From NCBI GenBank assembly GCA_905331295.1, contig CAJNYD010000113.1, positions 1-64,000 of the forward strand: DNA of 64,000 nt, written 5' to 3'. The notes under the pieces were generated by a model. The model saw nothing but the letters and a program-made list of their open reading frames with translations, made no database searches and was not told the DNA's origin. The position numbers and the translations under genes are program-made. The first letter of the stretch is position 1. Each line of letters starts with the position of its first letter. Origin of the DNA: Rotaria socialis (lineage: Eukaryota). This document shows, piece by piece, positions 54,130 through 64,000 of the stretch.

Positions 54130-55475
54130 GTTCGAATTATGTATTATTTATACCAGTTTGATTTGGTGCAAAATCACGCAACAGTTTCCTTCGGATAAAT
54201 TGATTCAGTTCACGCCTGAATAAGAGTGACGATAAAGTACACACAAAAAATGTTAAAGGAAATTCAAGCTAAATAAAAAAATAGCTCATATTGCTAATAA
54301 ATAATTCTATTGTCAGATGAAGAGATGATTTTGTATAATTGATTGTTATTGTTCAATAAAATAGATAACAAGGATTGAGAATATTCAAAAGAATCCAAAG
54401 ACATATTTGATTGAATAACATTTTAGAGATTTGTGCATCTCTTTTCGATATTCTACTAAGTGGTGAAGACCATGTTGTACTAGTTATTGCTAATGGTCTT
54501 ATTTTTCGTTTGCTTTGCCGAGTATTATTGAGTGCAAGGAATCCAAATCTAAGCGTGACCAACGGTGAACATAAGTCGCTTTCAATCGAGAGATAAATAT
54601 TGCAGAAAATACCATAAGCACCATTTCGAAATGAACAATCATCCGTGTGAATTTCATAAAAGATGAGAACTTGATCAGAAGAACTAGCGAAATAACGATT
54701 CATTCATGCAAACATAATCTAATAACATGAAGTGGCAACAAATATATAGAAAAAATAATAACGTATCTTGCAATACCAAAGTAAAGTTTTGACTGCTTGA
54801 ACATTGAAATCAAAATACAGAATTCGTGTGAGAAGAGCAGAATTGAAAGTTATGAACTAACAAACAGTAGACACCAAAAAGCAAGGGGGAAAAGACGGAT
54901 TTGTGGGATTTTCAAAATCCCACAAATCCCACAATTGAAAAGCATCCCCTCACCCTTTTGAATGACGTAGTTTCGACCTAAAATTCTTCCCATATAAAGG
55001 TTTCATTGTCCATAGAAGATTCTAATAGTTTCAGCTCGAACAAGTGTTTCCTTCATAAAATATTGAATTTTCAAAAAAAAACTGTATTTTCTGACCATGC
55101 CGTGAAATGAGCATTTCTTGCGCATTCATTATCTTGAGAAAAAAAACGTCCGTTTGCGCTGAAAATTTTAGACTATTCTAAGGATCATGAGACTTACATT
55201 TGGAAAAGGATTCAGATGGAAATTTCATCATTCACATTTTGGATTTTGAAAATCCAAAATCCGCCTTTCCCCCCCTTGCTAAAAAAATGCATAATGTATG
55301 GATTCTTGCGAAGAGTTGATTGACAAAAGATACAGAAATTCATAATGGATCCAAAATTTCCGACGAGCCAAGTTAAACTCATAACATATATTGTGATATT
55401 TTCATTCACAATAAGAATACACTGAATTCAATGTGTCTCATTATAAGCAGTCATAGAATCTGCGCTGTTTAACAT
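54130..55475 (-). pseudogene. Rhodopsin-like 7TM GPCR pseudogene, interrupted by a TIR element
   Basis: TM1 (LTWLVGNFGSIMNFCIF), LRKNPYIMHF, then after the insertion LVSTVC*..WYCKIRYYFFY..CY*IMFA*MNRYFASS (degenerate DRY), KRDAQISKML (TM6) and FFVCTLSSLLFRREL (TM7/H8). There are several in-frame stops and TM4 appears deleted. The 3' boundary is approximate. Confidence 0.85.
54880..55280. mobile_element. Non-autonomous DNA transposon (MITE-like), ~400 bp, imperfect ~40-bp TIRs
   Basis: Left end AGCAAGGGGGAAAAGACGGATTTGTGGGATTTTCAAAATCC. Reverse complement of right end AGCAAGGGGGGGAAAGGCGGATTTTGGATTTTCAAAATCC. It splits the GPCR reading frame at an A/T run. Confidence 0.88.
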
Positions 55476-56030
55476 TTGCAATAGATACGTCTATAAAGTC
55501 GTAAGAAAAATAAATAAATATCAAGCAGATTGAACTAAAGGATTTCTCTAGTTATAATTCTTCCAAATTTTTCTTTCTAGAAAAAGATATCGTTTTACAT
55601 GGAAAAAGTTTTTCAGCTGAAAATCGTCACTATATTTCATATAAGATTTAGCGTCATCTCCATCATTTTGACTCCTTACGTACAGAATATGCCCTAGAAT
55701 GCGAAAGATAGGCTACATGAAATATGGTGTCTGATAAAAAGCCGACTCGAACGTAATAAAATTTTATTTAGATCAATTTATTTACTTGCTATTTGTTTGA
55801 CTGAATCTACAACACGTTCAATTCAAAAGTTCATAATATGAAAACTATTTGCTCTATTTTTCGAGATTGTTTTAAGTATGAACACCTCAAAGCTTGATCA
55901 TTGATAACACATACATATAAATACGTATGTATTATAGTGTAAAATAATCCTAATGTCTTAACATTAAGTTACTGCCTATGAAAAATAATAATATAACAGT
56001 CAGTATTGAAACTAATTAATAGTCGAATAA

Positions 56031-57059
56031 TCAACTGTTAATAATCGAATCTAATACAGTGATACCAATGAGTTCTGTCGATGTATATGGATCTTGTGTT
56101 ATAAAAGCCACAGATGCATTAACTTGTTTGCCTAAAATTGAATCCACTCTTGTAAAACCATCTTGAGTAACAATCAATGGGAGTTGCTGAACGACCATAG
56201 TGAAAGCTCGTGGATAAGACGCAGCTAGAAATGCAGCTAAAACATCGTACATGGTACTTGTACCATTTTCAGGACTAAAAGGTTTCATGGCATCATTATG
56301 CTTTCCGCCATTATTATACCAAACTGTATACGAATCAATAACTAATTGCACATGTTTATTTTGATTAAGAAATGTAAGAAATGTTTGCCATTCAGAACCA
56401 TAAAATTGCATAAAATTTGTAGAATCAAGTGGAGCTAAACCGAAATAAGCCCATGACGCATTAAACACGATTTGAGCTGCCGGAATATCAACAGCAACAT
56501 TATATTCTTTTGATGGTTGACTTGAATTGTCATAACCACGATAGATGGATCCTGCCATGGCAAATAGACGAATATAATTTAATGTTTCCGGTTGTAAATG
56601 TTGCAAAACGTGTCCCAATGATGTAGTTGGTGAAATTTCAATGAGATTGTAAATATTATTCGGATTTGCTTTTTGCATTTCCTCTAATAAAGCTTCTTCT
56701 CCATTTTTATATACTATTCCTCCATCCTGTTGGAACTGATCTAGAGTGTAATTTTGTGCCCATTCATATTCAAAAATATTTGTTGTGCCCGTATTTTGAC
56801 CTATCGCTATTGGTACATCGAAACGATCAAATATTGCTAAAGTTTTTGCAACAATTTGAGCACGTGCCGTAGTATTATATGTTGAACAAACAACAAGTTT
56901 CAAGTCAAATATAGATGGATTTGCTAAAATATATGTTAATGCCAATTGATCATCGTAATCCGAACCAATATCAGTATCTAAGATAGTTAGGATTGGTTTG
57001 CTATGAATTCGATTAATTGAAATAGTAAGCCAAAGTAAAACTAATATTAATATCTTCAT
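56031..57059 (-). CDS. Nucleoside hydrolase (IU-NH superfamily) with N-terminal signal peptide; intronless
   Basis: Single 342-aa ORF with signal-like MKILILVLLWLTISINRIHS, Asp cluster ILDTDIGSDYDD, then VPIAIG, ISPTTSL, MAGSI, EYNV, PLDST and MYDVLA. Confidence 0.93.
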   Translation of the reverse strand: MKILILVLLWLTISINRIHSKPILTILDTDIGSDYDDQLALTYILANPSIFDLKLVVCSTYNTTARAQIVAKTLAIFDRFDVPIAIGQNTGTTNIFEYEWAQNYTLDQFQQDGGIVYKNGEEALLEEMQKANPNNIYNLIEISPTTSLGHVLQHLQPETLNYIRLFAMAGSIYRGYDNSSQPSKEYNVAVDIPAAQIVFNASWAYFGLAPLDSTNFMQFYGSEWQTFLTFLNQNKHVQLVIDSYTVWYNNGGKHNDAMKPFSPENGTSTMYDVLAAFLAASYPRAFTMVVQQLPLIVTQDGFTRVDSILGKQVNASVAFITQDPYTSTELIGITVLDSIINS

Positions 57060-58535
57060 TTTTCTTCTTTTTCAAAAGATATGTTTAGGATTCTTTCTTT
57101 TTCAACATCAAAAAAAGATTTAAAAAAAAAAGAAGGTAAAAGTAGCTTTTATCTTTGTTATCTTACCTGTCTGCTATACGTATATAATTATTATTATCAT
57201 TTTACATAAATTTAGTCTTCTTCATAAAAAATGAATAGTGTACTTCGAATCAGAACCAGTCAAAATGTTGTTAAATATCTCAATAAGTTTTACTTTTTCA
57301 ACAGATAAATATATTTAGCATGATGCATAATTGAGTAAATCTAATAAGTCATTGAGAGATAATAATTAGAAACGCTTTATAACTCAATGAATCGACAGCA
57401 AAACGTTAACCTATGGCAGTCTAGATTTCTGCAAAATTTATGAGTCCTATATAACTAACATGCTTTCTATCCCTCATTCGAGCCACGATCGTCTTTAATA
57501 AAATATACTAATATTCTGAAACGATAGATACTTTTGGAAGAAACTTCATTCACTACTACTCATTCGGTACCAAAGAAACACATCAACGACAAATCAAGTA
57601 CTTTGAACATGTCGTATTGAAAAGCTTCAAGTTCGGATTTAGACATCAACTGACACATAACGATGCGTATCAATGCGATCCGACGTTAAGTTTACAGGTC
57701 TTTTTCTCATTGACTGTAGCTATTTGTTGACACTCTAATTCTCAGAATGTTTCAAATAAATTTTCTTACGACTCATATAAGTATGTCGTTGTTGTTGTTG
57801 TTGTTTCGAAAATAAAGTAAAGAAAAATATCGAACATCAGTTAAACATGTGTACACGAAGAACAAAAGATATTCTTTTTGTTCGGATCAGACCTAAATGT
57901 TTGATAACTTATCAGTTACTAGTCGATAAAGAATAAAAAACACTCGCGACGTCCATGATCTCTACGTAGATAGTATATTGTAACTCGAGAAAAAATTTAT
58001 GTTCATTCGGTTAATCTCTCATTTTTTTACCATTGTATTCAACTATTTATGATATAGAATCTATAGAAAATAAAAATCCATGATAGAGTTAAATACTAAG
58101 AAGTTGACTACATCACAAGATCAATGTGTTTCGAAGTTAGGATATTCACAATATTTATAGATCCCACTCATGGTTAATCTTTTCTATTTTGAGCATTATA
58201 GATGATAATAATCCCATAGATCTCTATTATTTGCACACTAATTGTAGACAAATTTGCATGCTTTCAATACTCTTTGGAGTTATAAACAAAGGGAAGATAA
58301 TCTATTTGAATAACAATATATATGTCACATATATATAGATATAATGTTTTTCAAAGTTAGATAATGCAGTATTAAATCCTAAGAAAAGCATGGTTATTGA
58401 TATGTTTACTGGCTTGTTCAAAAGTGTTCGTGTTCTTAATTTTATTATAGTAAGTATGGTTACACATGAAACAGTAAGCACAACAAAGAGAGAAAAAAAT
58501 AAGATCAATTCCATGTATACTGTTATGCTGTTTCT

Positions 58536-59849
58536 CTATAAGATTGAATTGAAATTGATATTGCTTGATGTTGAAGATGATGATGATGATGATGATGATG
58601 AATTGGACGATATAGTTTGTTCATCGAGATGTGTTTTTTTGTGTAATTTTAAATGAACAAGTTGTGTAAAACGTGCTGAACATGAATTATTTGGACATAA
58701 ATATGGTTTATCTCCAGTGTGTAAACGAAGATGAGTTTTTAAATTTGATGTTGATGAAAACCTTTTTGGACAATATTGACATGAATGTGGTCGTTCACCT
58801 GAATATAAAATATATAGTAAATAATAATTTTAGAACTATTAACTTTGTTATTTTAATATACCTGAATGAACAAGTGTATGCTTTTGAAGATGTGCAAATT
58901 GTGTAAATGATTTTGGACATTGTGTGCATACAAAGGGTCTTTCATTGGTATGTGTTCTTAAATGTACTTTAAGATTTGATAATTGACTAAATGTTTTATG
59001 ACATTGAACGCATTCATAGATGATTTTTCCATTTTCTTTTCGCAATGGATATGGTAAGGATTTATGACCTCGGCCATGAACTACAGTTGTACTTATTGTC
59101 GTTGTAGATGATGATGATGATACTGTTGTTGTCGTTGTTGTTGTTGTTGCTTTTGGTGAAGAATTTTTACCTAATATTCTTTCGATAGAAAAATTTAATG
59201 GTGATGATTTATTAATAGTTGAATTGGATTGTGTCGATGAATGAACTTTTTCAGAAGCTATCAAAAATTCAAAAGAAAAAACATTCCCAAAAACCAAAAT
59301 ATGAACATAATACAAGACCTATTGGTTGAACGAGAGTTTTTTGACGATGAGTTGAATTTGACATTAAATAATTTCGTTCATCTCTAGATTTCAATGGTGT
59401 ATTTGAAGAGTTTGCTTGTAAAGCATACGGGAAAATGAATGGTAACTGTTATAGGATGAAATAAAGTTTTAAAAATTCAAAAAAAATGTTCTTCTTTTTC
59501 TTTTCTTTATTGAATCTTACACGAAGATCTCCATGCCCAGAAAATTCACGAAGAGGCCATCGGCCATGTGATTGCTATGAGAGGAATTTAACGATAAAAA
59601 AAAAACAAATACAAGACATTTTCAATACCTTCTGTTCACCAAACCATCTTGCTGATTGTGGTCTAATCATTCGATGAATAAATTCATGTGGAGGAATTAT
59701 TGTATCATCATCATCATTTTTCATATTAGGAATATGGCAATATGGATACTGTTTATTATGGATCATATCTATGAAATTTTATAACAAAACTAAAGTATTT
59801 TATCTGCATACAATTTACTTTTTGCTGTATCACTTTTCATCATTATCAT
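58536..59849 (-). CDS. Blimp-1/PRDM1-like C2H2 zinc-finger transcription factor (4 fingers, no PR/SET domain, eh1 motif), 6 exons
   Basis: [66 protein letters not shown] and [15 protein letters not shown] match the Blimp-1 finger array and its LPYPL leader. Upstream small exons join in phase from ATG 59849. Confidence 0.88.
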
Positions 59850-61247
59850 CCGTACTCAGTAACATGTAACAGTTGGAAGTAGTAGCTACGAAGAAAAGAA
59901 AGTTAATTATTCGTCTTAGTACGAGAGAGAAAAGTAAAGGAAAAAGAATTTTATCCAATCAATTTTCTCTCCGAGAATATTTTTTTCTCCTCTGATTTCT
60001 TTTCACAATAAACCAATGAGAACAAAAGCAATCAAGTCTATTCGCCCTCGTTTCTTAATAACAGACATTTCATCGATTAACTGATCTACTCTATTCTAAA
60101 ATAAACAATTGTATGTGTGTCCATATGTAGGAGGACGATAGTTGACTATGCTCGAATAATAATTGATTTGAAGTATATTATCAGGTATCTCTATTACATG
60201 ACTGCAGAATAAAAAGCCTATTAAACAATAGCGAACACAATCAATAAGAATTTTATTCGATGTTTTTGATGATCACATATAAGAGTATGAGTACTTAAAA
60301 TTAAAATAGAAATAAAAGTTTATTTAAAAAGAAAAATAATAACATATAAATGACCACTCGAAATTCAATGAATGAACAATCTGTTCTAGGAAATAAATGT
60401 TATTTTTATTCTGTATTCTATTAAAACCATGTTGTATATTTTTATAAAAATTAAGCCAAGTAAAGATGAAATATGTAATCGACAGTGTCAGTTTTCTATT
60501 TTGATGAAAGAATATGAAGAAGAGATCTGAGAAAATTTAATTTGTGGGTAAAGCAATTGGAGAACTGTCATTTGATTGCGATTGAATAGATTCATTCTAT
60601 TTGTGTTTGTCTCGTGTTAATTCATGCTTGAACTTGATTCGTTTATATTTGCGTCATAAGTTAATCAGTGTCGAATGGTGTAATCATCGACTTTCTTCTT
60701 TTCCGTGTTCTTCTTCTCCTCTTCGTATTTTATTCAATGAAATTTGAGAACAATAACAAAGCAAATCGTTTGAACATAAAATAGGGTGGAGTCATGTCGC
60801 CGTCTTTTCATATAGAAAAAGGCTGATAAGACGAAGACAAAAAAAAAACGAGACGTTTAAAGTGCTGTCAAATGACATTTTTCTTCTGTTGTCGATAAGA
60901 ATTGAGTCTTTGTCTTCTTGTCACCCTCCTGTGCATATTCTTTTTCTTTTCAATAATCATGAAGATAATTAGAGAGACTAAAAAAATCACCTTTATATTT
61001 ATATACATATATATCAAAAGGTGTGGAGATAATGAAATGTACTGGAAAATTCATTTTGACATGCGAAGTATCAATACTATATTTACTTAAGACAAAAAGA
61101 AAATGATAGCAAACAGGAAGATTACTTGAGAAAATAAATATATCAATGCATTCTTCCATCAATCACAGAAGATGTGTTGAAAGATGCAATAAACGATATC
61201 ATCATAGAGTTATTGACATAACATGGAATGTCTATTTTCTTTGTCGT

Positions 61248-62193
61248 CTAAACTCGAACAGATTTTGAAGGCATTGTTGTATGACGATTCATATTTTGTC
61301 GACATTGTTGTTCATGTTGAATTAAACGAGTCCGATCGACCGAAATTTTTTTATGACAATTTGTACAATGTGTTAAATCATTAAAAAAAGAATCGTTATT
61401 AAATGGTGAATATGATGGTTGTATATTTACAACATTTTGATGTTCATGCAAATCAATTAGTTCATTGAGAAACCATTCATTTGGCATTGTTGAATGTATA
61501 ACCTGAATGGGATTAGCTGAAGGAAATTTTGTTGATGGACGTTTATGATGAAAATGATGTTTAGAACGAGTATTTGTAGCTTGACGAAATAAACGATCAT
61601 TATTAAGATAGATTGGCGATGATGAAGGCATGTGACGATTACTATCCAGATTATTATTCATTGAATTGAATATTTGAGTATATAGATTACGATAACTTGA
61701 TGAATTCGTCATTTTAGATGTAAAATCGGAATCTTGAAAAAATTGTATATCATTTAATATGTCGAATGGATCTATAGGAGTAGACATGAATTGATCGAAT
61801 GTATGAAGATTAAATGAATCTAAATAAAACAGTAGATAAATAATTCTTTCATTCATTTTTTTTATTCATAATTAGTTTTCTCTTACCTTGATTTGGTTCC
61901 GTATAATTCATATTTGTTGTCGCTGCCTTTTTTGTTTCAAATCGTGCATTTCGCTTTCGTTGAGATGACATCGCACGTTGTTCATCGTATTCTCGTCTTC
62001 GATTGTCATCACTTAATACATCGTATGCTTGTTTAATTTTCTTGAATTTTTCTTCAGCATCGCTATCTTTATTACGATCTGGATGCCAAAGAAGCGCCAA
62101 ACGTTTGTAAGCTGTACGAATATCAGCTGCTATTGCATGTCGAGTAATACCTAATTCCTTATAATAATCCATCATTGATGGATTTGAAACCAT
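61248..62193 (-). CDS. J-domain (DnaJ type III-like) protein with a C-terminal C2HC motif, 2 exons
   Basis: DYYKELGI..IRTAYKRLALLWHPDRN..FKKIKQAYDVLSD..RREYD. Intron 61820-61886 (phase 1) joins the 61248-61856 ORF, which contains CTNC-x13-H-x3-C. Confidence 0.88.
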
Positions 62194-64000
62194 TTTGTAA
62201 GATTCGTCTTAGTTGAATATGAAAAAAAATTTTTGTGTTCGCCTAGTAATCCTAGCTAATATTAAACAGAAAAAAGAAGAGCGAGTAGAAGAATGGCAAT
62301 CAAATAAATGAGAAAAATATTTTATTTGATGTCCTTCTCTTCAGCAATCTAATGAGAAGGGTCATCAGCATACAGTGCACTTTTTTTTATTGATGAACAT
62401 GAATGCATATCTGTGTGTGTGTGTATTTGATATAAAATTTGATAATGAATAAGAAAAAAGAAAGCGAAGCATGAAGGTAAATGAATGAAAGTATAGAAGT
62501 CCTTCGTCATCTTATTCTGTATGCAAAAACATGACGGTTACGCTTGACCTATTATTGAGCATGATTGTGGCAAAAATGTAATACGGTTTTGTACGTTTGT
62601 ATTTTTATTTGAGCATTAGTGAATATATATATATATATATATTACAAAGTAACGGTTTATTGAATCTTACATAAGAAATGAACAGATTCGATCGGTTGAA
62701 AACAAAATTTGATTACTGCTCTTTTTTCTCTGTGTTATTATCGGTGGAGACAGAGCATATTAGTTGTAACTAATTTGTTTTATATTACACAAAATTCGAA
62801 GATGAGAAAAGCTGAGGATTGTATATAAAACGATTGTATTTGCAAAATATTTTAATTTACCATACACATGAATGATTGTCAAAACTTGCTGAACGGTTCG
62901 TATCGTGAATAATTTCATTGATATGTTTTATCGAAGAAAGTACAGTGATCAGAATTCAATTTCGACCGACTTAATATGTGATATGTATATAATGTAAAAC
63001 GTTTTGACCAGTGATTTAGATTTAATCGTGAAGAGCGGATCATTCACGGGAGTACAATTTCAATGGCAAATGAGTGTAGTAGTTTCAAAACTCTATTTGA
63101 ATAATCATACTGATTCATATCGAATTTTAACAAATAAGAAGATCTTCTATAAAAAAAAAAGTATTTTGTCAATAAAGATTATTGTTCGACTTTGTATAGA
63201 TTTCTAAAATAGTTTCAAATTCTGATCCGTCAATTGTATAGAAGTCGTAGAACTATAGTTTATTTCGAATGCAACTTTATTCAACAGCTATTTAGTGTAT
63301 ATTGCATTCAACTAATCTTATACTATTTTATTTTCATACATATTCAGTGAAAATCTCCCAGGACAATCCATATAAATTTAAATAGGGTAAACAGTCTAAG
63401 AAATTCATTAAATTACGATACCAACTTGAAATGGCTGAAGATTTCAACAAGATATATTTGCAGTGGGCTTTTTTCACGATTCTTCCCTTCTATCTAAACA
63501 CTACTTCGGTTGGCCAGTAATATTTCAAGATAGATTGCCCATCTCTGGCAAATCCTGGTTACATTGAACAGGAATGTCGCACTGTTGGTCTCGGGAATAA
63601 TTAACTTTCTCTTAATCTTGATCATCTGAAGATGTTCTTCAATCTAATTTAAGAAAGTAGATTTGAATTCAACACTTTATTGCCTAAATAATAATCTGAT
63701 TAGATTTTTATAGTGTAGACTTCTGTAGTAATAAAAAAAATTTTAGTCTGGTGATGTCGTGCATATCTTGGATTTGTCAGCAGATGTCGCAAATATGTAC
63801 TCGTTTGATAAATTATAGACGAATTATATTTGATTTACTGGAATAAAAGAAACAAAGAATATGGGCTATTTTAATTCATTATTCATCTGTAAAAGATACT
63901 TTCAATCGTCGAATATTTCTTTGCAATACAACATACTGACTAATAATGCAAAATACAGTGCGAGATTATCAAGCTGATAAAAGTAAAAATGCAAATATAG

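Noticed and set aside
1..64000. Prokaryotic systems (CRISPR arrays, operons, defence islands) and rRNA/tRNA genes
   Set aside because: The sequence is intron-rich animal DNA. I saw no regularly spaced repeat-spacer array or recognisable structural RNA gene.

Overview
AT-rich eukaryotic (animal) genomic DNA with many short GT-AG introns (~45-70 nt) plus some 0.2-1 kb introns. Gene style (CAA/ACA/TCA low-complexity exons, 'LRKNP..YF' GPCR family, intronless bacterial-type gene) suggests a bdelloid rotifer; this is inference. Genes in order: MAP2K-like kinase (+), small Cys-rich putatively secreted protein (-), ZNF106-like WD40/C2H2 protein (-), uncharacterised two-exon gene (-), TDG (-) head-to-head with a ~19 kb HUWE1 (+), then MSH6 (+), RAB7 (+), a GPCR pseudogene interrupted by a ~400 bp TIR element, an intronless signal-peptide-bearing nucleoside hydrolase (HGT candidate), a PR-domain-less Blimp-1-like zinc-finger gene with an eh1 motif, and a J-domain/C2HC protein. 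Most notable: the contiguous TDG-HUWE1-MSH6 DNA-repair block (two G:T-mismatch sensors flanking a repair-regulating E3 ligase), a TDG N-terminal extension with four exon-separated 'LKLK'-type motifs and a degenerate PIP degron, and the HGT candidate. Exon boundaries were reconstructed by eye and no database searches were run. Two N-joined duplications in HUWE1 are probably assembly artefacts.
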